A DNA stretch of 64,000 nt from Lama guanicoe (lineage: Eukaryota): assembly GCA_013239625.1 (NCBI GenBank), contig MU057202.1:3671101-3735100 (forward strand), given 5' to 3'. The position numbers and the translations under genes were made by a program. The notes under the pieces are model-generated. The model did not search any database and had not been told where the DNA came from. It saw nothing but the letters and a program-made list of their open reading frames with translations. The stretch's first letter is position 1. Each line of letters opens with the position of its first letter. Shown here one piece after another: positions 12,647-26,175 of the stretch.

Positions 12647-12899
12647 CAGCAGTGGAGAACAGACCCGCTGTGCCAGGGGTCAAGGAGAAGGTGGGAGTGG
12701 GAAGGAGGCTACCAAGGGTGGCATGCAGAGCGCTGGCGAGGGTGGGAGCGTCCTGGGTCCTGCGTGCACTGAAGTCAGCACCCCAGTCGTGTGTTTTGCT
12801 CTCATTTTGCAAGCTGGCACCACACAGAGTCTTTGTGTTACGTCTTACAGCTGCATCTGGATCTACTTATCTCAAAATAAAACCTTTAATTGGAGGGGT

Positions 12900-14580
12900 G
12901 GAATGGCCTTACGGACTAGAAAACCTTGAAAATAGACCACGTGTGCTGGTCTGGGGACTCTGCCGTCAGGGCTGTCAGAACACTGGGTACGTGGTCCGTG
13001 CAACTTACTTGTCCACTTAGCACATGTCAGCGAGCACTGGGCAGGGCGCTGGCTGCAACAACCCCTCTGTGAGCTCACACGCCTCGTCAGTAAGCAGCAG
13101 GCCCTCTTGCCGCTCTTTAGACTTTGCGTGTGGCATTCCACTCTCAGCACTGGAACGCCCCCCTCCTTTGCCTTGCGAGTCCTGGCCTCGCGTCTGTCTT
13201 GTCTAACTTCGATTTTACCCTTTCCGATTTGCTTCCTTTTAGACCCCTTCTTACACGCTGCAGTTAGGTTTGGAAATTTCACCGAATCTGAGAGGCTCTG
13301 TCTTAAAGAAGAAAAAAGCGTCCAGTGTGTTTATAGTTACTAATACCAAACTGGTGGCAAGCGTGTCGTCACCCTGTCCCCTCTCCTCAGGGTAGCTGTT
13401 CTCCACTTTTACTGTGTGTGTGTCTGCATTTTCCAACTATTGGAAGATTGACTGTATTTTGTTTAATTTATTCTCACTGGTTGCTTGGGAGAGATTCTTC
13501 CTGTTCTTAATTTTCTTGTAGTTACTGTATTTAAAAACCGTATTTGAGCTCCTCTGTTTCCGATTGTTGCATCAGTTGTGAACCCTCTCCCCCGATTGGA
13601 GGAAATTCGCCTCCCCCACCCCCACCCCCTGCCGCCACCACCTCAGCTGCTGCCCCCACCCCGACACCACCCTCCCTGGTTTTTATCAGCACCTCAGTCA
13701 AAGGAAGCTAGGTTGGTTGATGCTATTTGTTTTAGCTTATTTGATTTTCTTTTAAAATTGTCTATGGCAGGTATAGCCTGTTTATTAACAGATCATAGTA
13801 ATCATTTGGGTTCGCCTCTAAGTGTAGATTTCCTTGCCCTGGATCCTCAGCCCCTCTGCGTCCTCATCCCGGTGGTCCCCTCTCGTCTCTCCTGGGACTG
13901 GGGCCCACTGGAGCGTGATTCCGAGCATTGCACAGTCGGGAGGCGCTCCCAGCGGCCGGCTCACAGGAGAGCACCTTGGTTTTACTGAAAACCTTGGGTC
14001 AGAGCCATTTCCTTCTGGAACTCTGAGTGTACTGCCTTTTCTCAGAACATGTTAGTTTGAGGAAGTGATGAATTTAATGCAGTTTTTTTCTGTCTGGAAC
14101 TTTTGAGGATTATTCCTTTAGTCTCTACGTGTGAAGTGTCTTTTTCGTCTGAGGACCGTCTACCATTTGTTCGCTGTCATTAATTTCACCCGAGGAGAGG
14201 TGAGGGGATTCACCTGCAGTCGGGCGGGTCCTCTGCCACGTGACAGGCCTCTGCTCCTGTCCCACCTGCTCTTGCCCCCCCCCTCCCGCCGGGGCCACCC
14301 CAGCAGGGCCTGCCGGCGGCCTGGCCTTCCTCCGTCCCCTCCCTCACAGTCCTGGTGGTGTCCCAGCAGGCCGCCCCACCTCCGCTGTCTGGGCACTGAC
14401 ACCACTTTTTAAACAGCTTTATTGAAATGTGACTGACGTAGGATAAACTGCACGTTTAACATGTGTGATTTAAGTTTTGACATTTGGATTCAGCCACAAA
14501 ACCATCACCACCACCAAGACACCAAACACGCCCATCACCCTCCAAGCTTCTAATGCGCCTTTCCGAACCTCCCCTCCCAC
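12900..14580 (-). mobile_element. Assorted old antisense L1M fragments, including a 3' end at ~14405-14580
   Basis: T-rich L1-like sequence; tttttaaacagctttattgaaatgtgact...accatcaccaccaccaagac. Confidence 0.55.
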
Positions 14581-17500
14581 CCGGGGGCTCAGAGCCAGGC
14601 GACCCCATAGTTCAGGGTGAGCAGGGGGAGAGGAGGCTGTGGAGGGGAGCCGGGAGGGGTCCTGGGAGTCCAGGGCACAGAGAGCCCCAGAGATGAGCAG
14701 GGTGGGGGGTATGGTGGACTCAACCATGTGGGACGAGAAGGACCAGAGTGCCCCAGGCGTGGTCGCTGGGGCCTCGGTGGCAGGAAGCCCAGGGAAGGCG
14801 TGGGCCTGGTAAGAGCTAGACAGAGGGAGGGGCCGGGAGGGGGCCGGGGACGCGGCCCTGAGAGTCTGTACGGGACGCGCGCTCCAAGGCCCAGAGGGAA
14901 GCTGGGAGAGGCTGGTTTCAGGTGTCCTTATGGGGTCGAGGCCGGGAAGGCGAGGAGGACGTCCTCCCCGCTCTGAGCTTGTCTGGAGCCAGCGTGAGGC
15001 CTGGCCGCGGGGTGGACACAGAGCGTGTTCAGGGGGGAGATGGTTGGTGGCTGGCTCAAAGCTGGTCCCACAGGACTTGAAGGTTCCGAGTCTGTCGTCA
15101 TCTGTAGCATCATGGTGTCCCTGGCAGCTCTGCGTCACACCAAGGACAGAGCCAGGACCCCTGGCCATGAAGGGCCTGCTCCCCACACCTGGTGGGTCCC
15201 TGGGTGCGTCGGCCCCCTGGGCTGGGACCACTGGCCCAAGGGCTGGAGATACCGGAGGCTCTCCGGTTACGGAGTGAAGGCACAAAGCAGAGACCAGGAG
15301 GTGGAGGGGCGTCTGGAGGCCCAGCCCCTGCCCCGGCTCCGGGCCTGGCGTCCCTTCCCTCTGAGCGGTGGGTGCACACTTTGTGAGTGCCCCAGGCGCC
15401 CCCATCTGAACCCAGGTCCCTGTGGGGCTGCTCACTGGCCGCGTGGCCGGAGGCCAGCTCTGGGCTTCGCTCTCCCATCCCGCACCAGGAGGAGTACAGG
15501 GGTCCCTGCGGGAGCCCCAGCTCACACCCCTTACTGGTGGGAGGAGACCGCTGGCTCCTGAGCCCTTGGGGCTGGGATGGCCACGGAGAGGGGCCGGAGT
15601 GTGGAGAGGCTGGGAAGAGGGACGCGCAGTGGGCAGGGCGCAGTGCAGGTGTGGGCCAGCCAGGCCAGGCCCGAGGAAAGAGGAAGGGAGATGGCGGGGG
15701 AGTTTCCCACCCCACAGCCACCCCGGTAGGCAGCTCGGGGGCCGGAAGCATGGGCCGGCCTTCATTCAAGCCAGGCTCATGACCTAGACCACGGGACAGC
15801 AGGGCAGCTGGCTGCAGCTGGGGCCACATGTCACTCAGGGGCACCCCTGCCCTGCCCAGGCCACCCAAGAGCCTTGACCCAGACCCCGGAAGCCATGGCC
15901 AGCTCAGCGAGGGGCTCCCCTGGCGCTCTGGCCACCTTGCCGACCTCAGGTGGCTCCAAGTCTTGCTGCTGTAGAAGCCACGTTTCTGCCTCCACCCAGG
16001 CCCAAGTCCCGTAAGGCCGTCCTCTCTGCTTCCCACGGGGGTGGGGGGCGGGAACAGCCAGCGGCTGGGATCCCAGGTGCTCTGCAGGAAGGCATGGCCC
16101 CTCGGCCACCAGGGAGTCCGGCTGTTCCCACCGGGCCTCTGACTGGACCCTAGGCAGGGTGGGGCTCGGACAGGCAGGTGATGGTTGGAGTCCAAGGCCT
16201 GCCGCCCCCTGGCTGGCTGTATTCCTCTCTGAACCTCAGCCTCTCTGCTGACTGGGAATGGAGGCCCCTAACACGGCTGGCCTGTCTGAGCTGCCCCCAC
16301 TCTGGTCCCTGCCGCTTCCCTGCCCTGCACAGGCTTCGTTTCAGGGGAATGGGAAGCTGTCCCTCCTCTCCCCTAAGAGTGAACTCCCTCTGGGGAGGCC
16401 ACGTGGTGATTCAAAGAGAAAATACTTACTGTCTTCTCTGTGCCGTTACGTCCGACCTTCTGAGCTTTACAGTCTTTAAATGTGAGTGCAGTGCGACGTC
16501 GTGGGTGTTCTTCTAGGACACCCTCTCAGACCCCTTTCAGTGGCCCCTCTTTGCCTACAGACCAAACCCAAGACCCCACTGGCTGCTGGGCCAAGAGCTC
16601 CGCCCTGCCCCTCAGCTGGGTGAGGGTCCCAAGGCCTGTGTGAGTTAACCTCTGGGTGGACGCTCAGTTTGGGAGAGTCTGATCCTCTGGGACCATCAAA
16701 GGCACGGCCTGGCCCCAGGGGCCCCATCAGACCCCTGGGGGGTCCAGGACCAAGGCAGCCAGCCTGCAGGGAACCAGGCCACTGCTGCCCTCATGACTAT
16801 CCTGAGCCGGAAGGGCCCCAGCCACCCATAGAGAGCGAGTGCTTGTCCTCCGTCCCCCAGCAGATCCGTGGCCACATCTGTCAGGGACCAGGCCTTGTCT
16901 CTCACAGAAGGGTGTCCCTCTGGCCTGTGAGCCCTCCTTCTAGGAGGATCCAGAGGCTGCAGTTTACAGGCGTTACCCAGAAGAGCCCTGAGGCCAGGGC
17001 CAGGTCCTGAGAGACGGCCCAGCTCAGACCAGAAGTTTCCAGGAAGTTGAGAGTATGTCCAGATGAGCTTTGCTGATCACACACACTCTGCCTGCCCAGT
17101 GGCCAAGGAGGGCGTCCCAGGCCCCGGGCCTGGTTTGGAGCCTTAGCCAGCCCCTCCCCCAGCACGGCACCTCGGCAGCCTGACCTCCCCTGGGGAGTGA
17201 CCATCTGCGGGGCCGCAGCCCCGGCCTGTGAGAGAGGAGGGACGCCCAGGCCCCAGTGCTGGCAGCTGGCCCCATCGGGCACGCTGGGCTCCGAGGCCGC
17301 CCAGCCCAGCCACATCTGAGCGGATGCGGACAATGCGTGGGCGCAGGGATGTTCCGTCCGCCCCCACCCACCCCGACTGGGAAGTGAAATTGCTGGGCGG
17401 GCGGGAGGGTCCAGCAGGCGGGGTTGGCAGGGGCAGGTGGGGGCCGCTTCTGTCCAGGCACCTGGGTGGGCTCGTCAGAGAGAGACTGCTCTGCAGGGAC

Positions 17501-17599
17501 GGGGCGGCGGCAGGGCCGCGCGCGGTGGCTCGTGCATCCCGGCGACCCGCGTCCTGGCAGCGCCCAGCCCGGGTCACGCGTAACAGCCCCACAGCAGCG

Positions 17600-17700
17600 G
17601 CACTGTCCACCCCACCCCTTCTCCAGATGGGGAAACTGAGGCCTGAGCCAGGACCAGCTATGTCACCTGTGCGGCCCATGGGAAATGAAAATTGGGGCAC
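17600..17700. mobile_element. MIR SINE core fragment
   Basis: cagatggggaaactgaggcctgag core motif. Confidence 0.6.
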
Positions 17701-18859
17701 TTGTTTAAAAAGTACAACGCATTCCAAGAGGTTGACAGCTGAGCCCTGAGCACGGGCACCCCTGCGCCTTGCTGAGGGCGCAGGGCTCGGTCCTGCGCAG
17801 CCCCCAGCCCCCAGCGAGACGCCTCCACCGCCGCGCACTCCCAGGCCGAGCTGCGAGGGTCTGACGCCAGCCCAGGCCGGGCATGCGCAGCCTGGGCTCC
17901 CTCAGCCCGCAGAGGCTGCCCCAGGGTGGCCAAGCGAAACCCCCAGCGCCCCTGAGCCGGGCCCCTGGGAAGTCCAGCGTCTAATTTACATGTTCCTGGT
18001 CGGTACTGTTTGGAATAAGTGAATATTGAGCTTCCGTGTTAAGAAAACTTTTTGGAAGGAAACATGGTTCGAAGAGTTTTATATGTTAAAAACAGAAACC
18101 CTGGATTTCACCAACCCCGTGTTTCAGTATAAGGGAAACCGGGGGCCGAGAGCAGATGCGGGCTCCTGGGTGCTGCAGAATCCGGCCCCGCCCCGCCGCT
18201 CAGCCTCGCTGGGTGGGCTTGGGGCTGGTCCCCCAGGTCGGGGTTCTGGGGGGACTCCCTCCTGGCCTGACGGTCTTGAGTGATCACCCTCCAGCTCACA
18301 ACTGTCGCTCCCGACACAGCCTGCCCTTTGTGTCACGTGCACACGTGACTGCTGGCTAATGTTCCCTCCTGCAGGACCATGTCGCTGCATCTCGAGGGGC
18401 CCGTCACTTTAAGGGAGCAGGATGGGTGTGTGGAACGCCCGGGTCAGGGGAGGGGCAGGTGACAGGAGGCCGGCCGTCTCTCACACCTGCCGCTGTCCCA
18501 TACCTCTTGCCAGGCAAGGACAGAAGCAGTGACAGCGAAGGGGGCATGGCCAGGTGCAGACCAGGAGGTAAGCGGGGGGTGGGGAACGGAGGGTCACACC
18601 GTACTGAAGAGATCGAATTTTAAAATGGTAATCGTGTGCTGGCCAAATAAATAAACCGTCTCACAGCGGGTCGGGCCAGACCTGCAGCTCAGACCTGGCC
18701 CCGCACCTTGGAGGCCCTCCTTCCACGCACAGGGCCGTGGGCACGCCCGCCCGCCTCACCGCTGCTCTCAGCAGATACTTGCTGGCAGCTGGAGGCACCT
18801 GCCCACGCACTGGCACACCAGGGGCAGAGCGGGCACTGCTGTGGGTCTCTGAGCTCAGA

Positions 18860-18990
18860 CCCTGCTCTGGCGTGGGTTTGCTGGGCGGCCCCGGGCCAGC
18901 TGCCGGGTCTCTCTGAGCCTCAGTGTCCCCACCTGTCAGCTGAGGGCAGCATGTCAGTGAGGGTAAGTGGATCACACGCGTGAGAGACTG
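18860..18990. mobile_element. MIR SINE core fragment
   Basis: tctctgagcctcagtgtccccacctgt core motif, in the opposite orientation to the 17.6-kb copy. Confidence 0.55.
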
Positions 18991-21900
18991 GCCCAGGGGG
19001 GCCCGTCCAGTGGGAATTTTGTCTAGGCTTTTGGGAGGAGGTGTCTCCCCATGAGCCTAGTGGCTAAAGCAAAGTTGCAGGGTGGGCAAGGGACAGCCTC
19101 TGGGGAGGTCCTGGGCGCTGACCAGACCACTCCAGCGATGCCCAAGCAGCGCCTGGGCCCCGGAACTGCAGCCACGTGAGTCCCTGTGCTGTGGGCCTGG
19201 CGGGGTGCCTTGTGCCCAGGCGGCAGGCAGATGTGTGGCAGGCAGCCAGGCGCTGAGGACACGCACCCAGCACTGCCCCCCGGCTGTGGCTTTGTTTATG
19301 CAGCTGGGCCTCACTGGGGCGGCCCTGTCCCCGACCACCCTCCCACAGCTCGAGGCTGTACCCCAGCAGGCAGCTGCGGCCCTCACCTCCCATGCAGGAG
19401 TTGCCAGCCACTCACACAGCCCAACGTGCCAGCCAGTGAGGGGTGATCTCCAGGTGCCAGGTCCTGTGGGAGACGAGGGAGGGACCCAGGTAGTTCCCAT
19501 CTCAACTCGGGGCTCATGCAGGGCTCTCAGCTGCGGCCGGTGCACTCGGGAAGTCCCAAGGCACAGGCCCCGCTGAACCAGCCCCGTCAGAACCCTTGCG
19601 GGCCAGCTCCCCAGGCTTCCCAATGTGCGTCCGAGCTGAGGCCAGCAGCGTGGGTCAGCTCCTGCGAGGACAACAGGGAGAACCCGCTGCCCCGTGTGGG
19701 GGCGGAGCAGTCTCGGGCTGCGGCTCTTAGGCCGGGAGTCGGGCTTTCCGCCCGTTCACCCATCGCCACCCACCTCATCGCTTTCTCGTCCCGAGGACCA
19801 GCTGGGGCAGGAGAGGCTCACCTGTGTCATCGGCTCGGGGAGGCTGGCCACGCCACCTCCTTCCCTGAGCCTCTCCTTTCCAGTGGGCCTCTGCTCGAGA
19901 GACAGGAGGAAGGTCAGAAACGATGGCTGTCGGTCAAACCTGCCTGTTCAGGTGTTCTCATCTCCCCCTCACCCCTGGGGGTCGGTGTCCTCACAGGTGA
20001 GACCCAGTGAGGCAGCGGTGGTGAGCCACGGAGCCGGGACCCCAGCGCCGTCTCTCTCCTCCCGGTTCCCAGGGCTGCTGTCCCATCGCCGGACCTGGGG
20101 GCACCTGAGGCCCCAGCTGCAGCTCCTCCTGTCCAACCAGGGGCCCCCTCTGCCCTCTGCTCTGGGATGCGTCCTCAGGCTCCGCCCATGGGGCCTGTCT
20201 ATACTTTGATGCAGTGGCACCAGCACGTTCCCCCACGTCATGCTCACCATGTGCTGGCCGCCACCCCCTGCTCCAGCTCCTCAACTGTAAACACCCACTG
20301 TGGGCCTGAGAGGCCCGCACCAGGCAGCTGTGTGGACTCACTTGGCCTGTGTTAACCTCGAGACCGAGCTCAGCGAGTTGCCCGCAATGTCGCCATCACT
20401 TGTCCTGCCTGTCCCTTCCGAGGGCCCAGTCCACATGCTCGGCGACCCGGCGGTCTACACGCGGCCTTAGGTGCTTCCCGGCTCTGCACCTCCCTGGAGG
20501 ATGTCCTCCTGGGCCAGGAATCGGCCTGACCTGCTCTCTCCCGAGTGCCGGCACCCTGGGCAGCAGCTCCTGCCTGAGGGGACGGGACAGGGTCCTGCGC
20601 AGGACCGTCTGGCCCACCTCCTGCGCTCGGGCGTGGGAGGCAGAGGCACAGAGGGGCCAGTGGGGCGGTGGGAAGGAGTGAGAAGGGCCGTCTCTGCTGC
20701 AGACTGGCCGGCACCGCCTGCGTGGGAGCGGGCCGGAGCGGGCCGGGGCGAGGGGCCGAGGCCGCTCAGCTGTCGTTTGGATTGAATCCGGACGCCCCTA
20801 CTACCGGTGCACGTGTGCCCTGGGAGCATTTAAATGAAAAGCACAAGGATCAGAGAACTGTTCCCGGAAGCCGACTTCACTGGGAGCCGGACCGGGAGGA
20901 GCTGGCTGCGGGGAGCAGTCTCCTGGCGTGGCCCTACACCCTCGCCTCTGCCTGCTGCTCCAGCCTCTAGAGCGGCCCACACCTGCTGGGGGCCGGGGCT
21001 GGGAATGGGCCCAGGGCCTCCTTGCTCCCGAGGCTCTCAGGGTGAAGCCTGGATGGAGCAGGGCCCGCATCTCCCAGGGACTCTGCCCTGGGTCTGGAAA
21101 TGGGGCGTTGAGCCCAAAGCGACCTGAGCTCAGATTCATTCTGACAGAGAACAGCGAGGAGACCTGGAGGGGAGGCCGGGGCCAGGCCCCAGCAGGAGGA
21201 GCTGAACAGAAGTGGTCCAGGGACGGAGCACCCTGCCTTCTCAGGGCCTGGGCCTCTGCGGTGGCCGCACTGCCAAAGGTGGGGCAGCGCTGGCCTGCAG
21301 GGCGGGGCCTGGAGCCAAGGCCCTGGGATCCCTTGCCCAGGCCCATCCTGGGCCCTTGAGGTGGACGTGGGCTGGGAAGGGCCCCCTCCACAGCTACCTG
21401 CTGGTCCAGATAATGGTAGAACTGGGCTCTGGACCGGCCTGGAAGCTCGCCAGGCCTCTGGTTTTCCCAGCGGTAAGCTGCTCTGAGGAGCTGGGGTGAG
21501 CTGGAGCCCCACTCGACCCCCTAGCCACTCAGCTCCACGGCCCTGCCCTGGGCCACCTCAGACCTTCCTGGACCTGGGAATGCTGTGGCCTCATGGACAA
21601 ATCCCTTGGCCGCTGGCCTTGGGCAGCTCTCTGTCCAAGACTGAGGCCTGTGCGGGGGCCCAGGTGCCTTGTCTGGTCCACCTGCCACCCCATCCTCCAT
21701 AGACTCCCAGCACTGCTCACTGTGTTGTCGCCTGCCACCTCTGTCCCTGCCGGGGCCCGGCCTCCACCCCAACCATCCCACGTCGCATCCTGCTAGGGAA
21801 AGGGCCAGTCGCTGTGCACTTAGACAGCTTGCTTGCCCTCTCTGATCTGATCTTGGGGTAATTTTTCCTGCAAAATGAGAAAAATAGAACATCTGCTATT

Positions 21901-23389
21901 AAGAGACTGGACCTGAGGATGGTCCACCTGTGGGCCTGGCCCGTGGCCTTGGTACTTTGTCCTCAGGGGCCCGGCAGAGCGGGAGAAGGGACAAGGCAAC
22001 TGAGGATGGAGCCGATTGGCAGGAAACCATGTGGCCTCACCGCTGTGCAGGCTCCTGCACACCCCGCCTCTGCCTCCAGCCAGCTGCGTCCTGCAGCTTC
22101 CCCGGCTCCTGGCCCATGGCTCTGCCATGCTGAGGCCTGCGAGATGTCCGAGTACTCCCAGGTGAGAGAAGGAAGAAGGCAAGGGGACTAGCTGGGCTCT
22201 GCACAACCTTTCGTTCACGCCTGGGCTGGGGGTGGAGACCCGCTGAACTGCCAGACCCAGCCGGTGGGGGTGTACACCCCCACCTTATCCACAGAGGGTT
22301 TGAGGCTGCTTCTAAGGAAATGTGAAATAGTAAAGTAATAATGCAAGGGAAGCCCAGGAACAGAGAAATCACAACATGTCCACGATGTCATTACACAGAC
22401 CACAAGAACCTGAACAGCTGGTAGACTGAGCTTCCTGGCAGCCATGGCAAAAAGAGAAGCACAATCGGTTATACTATTTTTTTCCCAGTAGAAGAAACAA
22501 GTCCATGCTCTGGGGGAGAAGCACGGCTTTCTTGCCTCCTCCCTGTGTGGAAACGGAGGACCTCCTTCTCCATGGACTGAGGTGCAGTGCCTCTCCTAGA
22601 AAGTCTCCCTGGGCCAAGAAGACAAGGCTCTGCGTGGTCTTGCCAAGCACAGGCAGGGTGGGAGGAGAGGGACTGCAGAAGTCTCAGACCTTGCCCTGCC
22701 ATGGCCCTCAGCAAACTGTCAGCCTCCTGGGCCTGCTTCCCCATCATCGTGTGGGCAGGTGCCATCAACAGCGGTCAGCCAGGGACCCAAGGAGAGGCTG
22801 TGTGTGCATGTGGCCTGAGTGCTTGGCTCAGGGAGGGCTAGTGAGGGACCCCTCTGATGGACAGTTGATGAGCATTGATGGCTGCCACTTCAAGAGCCAA
22901 GGTGGGAGTCCCACCACTGGGCTCTCCCCCTCAGCTTCGTGCCCTGGGCGGCGCAGCCTCACCTGAACAGGGAGGTAGCAGCCTGTGGCACCCAGGCTGT
23001 GGGGCGGTCAGAGCAGGAAGCACAGGTCGGGCACAGGCTGTCGCTCTCCGGGTTACGCTGCCCCTGCCAGCCATCCTTGGCCTGGACCAGGCCCCGCCCC
23101 TGGGCCTGACCCTGTGCCCCCGCAGGGCGTCCTTTCAGACTCGAGGGCCCCACAGCAGGAGCAGGGCGCAGGGCTGCAGCCACCAAAGCTGCGTCAGAAA
23201 CGCAGCGGATGGAAGGCCGCTGGCCGGACAGCCCGTCCGGGGAGGCTGTCCCCAGCTGTCATGGGAAGTGCCTGGCACAGCTCGTCAGCCACCAGCACAG
23301 GGCACAGAAGACCCTATTCATCTTTAAATAGAACCGTAAGGCCAAGCCTCACTCTGGAGCATTGACAGAGCACAGGGCTCAGCCCTGAA

Positions 23390-23580
23390 GTGTGCGCACA
23401 GGGGTGTGGTCCTGGGTGTGTGTGCAAGTGGGTATGCACATTTCTCTGTGGATGTGAGTGTGAGCAGGCTTCCTCATGTGCATTTGTCCACCTGCGTGTA
23501 CTTGCGCGTGTGCACGTGTGAACTTGTGCTTGTGTGTGTGTGCACGTGTGCACGTGCTTGAGCACAGGTGTGAGCTGTGA
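23390..23580. repeat. Degenerate (TG)n/(GTGCAC) low-complexity tract
   Basis: gtgtgtgtgcacgtgtgcacgtgc... Confidence 0.8.
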
Positions 23581-24954
23581 TGGGGGCCTGTCTGCACTCC
23601 CGCAAAGCAGTGAGCAGGGGGTGCGCTGGGGAGCCCCTGCCCGGGCTGGGCCTGCAGGGGAGCCCAGCCTCCCAGCACCTGGGCTCCCGCTCCAGAATGG
23701 GCGAGAGGGTCTGGGGCAGGGCTGTGCTCTGCCGGTCTCCCCACTGTGCAGCTGAAGCACTGAGGCCCAGGGACCGGCTGCTCCGCTCACCTCTCAGTCC
23801 CGGCAGGGACGTCCTATGAACACTCTGCGGTCGAGCTCCTTCTGGCCTCACCACCTCTGGCCCAACACCCAGCCCACCCGCAGAGGGGCTACCCCACTTG
23901 TCCTCCTGCGTCAGTCAACTGGGCGAACGCCTCACTCCTCGGACCCTCCATCTGGGCTCCTGAGGCGCTGCCGCTGTGTCCTGGACGGGCCCAAAGCCCT
24001 CCCGGTGCCCCTTCTCCCACCTACTGTGGGGCTGGTGGTGGTTCAGGGCCTGTGGGGAGCTATTCAGGTGCCAGCACCCGGGAAAGAGCCGTTTCCTGGC
24101 TGGGGGCCACCTGGCCCCCGCACCCCCAGCTCCTGCGGGAACTTCCCTCCTGTCAGCGCCGCCGGGTCTGCTGGACCCAGGAGGAGCCTTGTAACTGGGT
24201 GAGGCTTCCTTTCTTGAGAGCTGCTCCTGGATCTTTGGGGGCCCAGCAGCCCCTTCTCTGGAGGGCAGACCCAGGGCTCAGGGCCCGGGCACTGGGCGGC
24301 AGACAGGGCCTCAGCCGGGGCCCTTGCAGAAGCCTCTGCCCTGTCTAGCCCGGCAGGTGCAGCTGCTGCCCAGTGGTGGGAGGCCCGCGGGTGCAGCGAG
24401 CATGGCGGAGCTGGGGGCTGCTGGCGATGGCAGAGGCACAGGGGCCCGAGGAGGAGGAGCACGGGGGAGGGAGGAGGGCTTGTGTCCAGCTACCAGGAAA
24501 TATCCCAGGTCATCGCGGGAGTAGTAGCCACATCCTAGCGCGCGCGACCGGGGGGCCCAGCCGCCCTCGCAACTGCTCCGTGGAGCTGGCAGCCGTGCTG
24601 CCACACGTGGCGGGGAGCCCACAGGAAACCCGCGTTTTGGTGCTTGGGTGGTGTCGTTCCTCCCAGCTCTGGGGCGGAGGCGTCCTGGACAGGGGCCGGG
24701 CCTTCCCAGTCAGCCCCACCCACAGTGCCGCCACGGCGGTCAGTTTTGTTGCTCACACCTTGGAGAGGGAGGTCAGCCCGGCTCCGGTAATGGCACAGAC
24801 ACCGGCCCAGCTCCAGCCAGTGAGCTGAGCCCGGAGAGCAAGGGAACGTCCCCCGTCCAGGTGGCCACATGCTCCTTCTTCTCAGGCCACGGCCCCGTCT
24901 CCTTGACGTGGCCTCGGATAGAGAGGAACAAAGAGGCTCACAGATGTCCTGGCT

Positions 24955-25164
24955 AAGAGCACAGAAGTGGCACGGGTGTGTGCGCACATGTGTATGTGTG
25001 CCTGTGGGGGGCACGGGGAGGGCAGGGCTGGGGCTGGGCTGGGGGTGCTTTGGGGGACATGGAGAAGAGCACAGAAGCGGCACAGGTGTGTGCCTGCACG
25101 TGTGTGTGTGTGTGGGGAACACAAGGAGGGCAGGGCTGGGGCTGGGGGTGGTTTGGGGGACATG
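24955..25164. repeat. Tandem duplication, 2 x ~105-110 bp
   Basis: aagagcacagaagYggcacRggtgtgtgc...gggcagggctggggctggg...tttgggggacatg occurs at 24955 and again at 25065. Confidence 0.9.
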
Positions 25165-25974
25165 ATGGAACTGGAGATCATTTCTCATGTTCACCTGGGA
25201 TTTCCTGTTATTTCGCCCCAAACGAGGAGGCCTGTTTGCGTCAGGAGCCTGTGTCATCTTGGCCTCACGAGGGCAAGGAGCCATGAGGGGAGAGAGCCTG
25301 TCTGGGCGCTGATGGGTGGCCAGCGGTTTCCTGATCTATGGGGGTGTGGGGTGCTCTGTGGTCAGTGAGGGCACGTGGGCCAGTATGGGGAGTGGGCAGT
25401 GAGTTTGGGCCTCGAAGCTGAGCTCCAGGAGGCTGATGGACCTCAGCTGGATCCCTGAAAACGGGCCGGGCCACGTGGCCGTGAGTGGAGGGGGCCTGGA
25501 ACCGCCCTGCCGGCCACCCACCCCAGGCAGCCCCCTCCCTCGCTCCTCCTTGCCGTCACTGTGCCAGTGAGGGGTCCCTTCCTCTCCAGGGCATCTGGAT
25601 ATAAGACCCAAGAACCCCAAGGAGAGCCTGCCCTCCTGTCTGACCCCTGGACAGGTCCTCTCAGATTTAACCAAGGGACCCACAGCCCAGGCATGACACT
25701 TGCTGGGACCCGGGTGCAGAGGGCAGTTCTGGGGTCGGTGTTCCATAGCCCTTTTCCACCTTGGGGTCTGTCTTCAGACCCAGGCGCAACTGGGGGCTAT
25801 GACCCTGCTGGGGTGGGGCCGGGTCACCCCGAATCCAGGCAGCTCCTCCGCTGTTTCCCTGACAGCCCTGCTTCGGGGCTTCTCCTCTTGACCCCCTGCC
25901 GCCCATCACCCAGAGGCTCTCCCTTCTCCACTGGCTCCCGGGGGCCCAGCGGCTGTCTGGAGGGGTCTCGGCTC

Positions 25975-26175
25975 TTTGACAGCCTTAAAACTACCAGGGA
26001 CCCCAGTAAGCATCTGTTTATGAGTAATAGCTCTCAAACCTTACCGTGTTAGAAATTAAAATGAGTGAGGAAAACTCAAACATTTTCTTATCAACTTATT
26101 CAAAACAACTGTAAGAAAGAAATTATACGTTTACATAAATTACATTTTCATGAAAATCACTATACTTTGAACAAC
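25975..26175. mobile_element. hAT-Charlie (Charlie1-like) DNA transposon remnant
   Basis: AT-rich island: cttaaaactaccagggacccc...tgtttatg...ttagaaattaaaa...acataaattacattttcatgaaaatcactata resembles the Charlie1 consensus as I recall it. Confidence 0.6.

Larger units (their letters stand above)
9259..12890 (+). mobile_element. L1MC-like LINE-1 (decayed ORF2 plus 3'UTR), interrupted by younger insertions
   Basis: ORF2 remnants KVDKTLAGLTK, PLMNLGAKILNKI and ctgtttgcatatgacatgatt (the F-A-D-D region). The tail ttacagctgcatctggatctacttatctcaaaataaaa resembles L1MC1/2. Confidence 0.85.

Noticed and set aside
14470-15765. 431-aa minus-strand ORF, plus other long ORFs such as 1467-2588, 15110-16195 and 62225-63271
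   Set aside because: Pro/Gly/Ala/Arg-rich composition is expected from stop-poor GC-rich DNA. There are no recognisable domains, and similar ORFs overlap in several frames.
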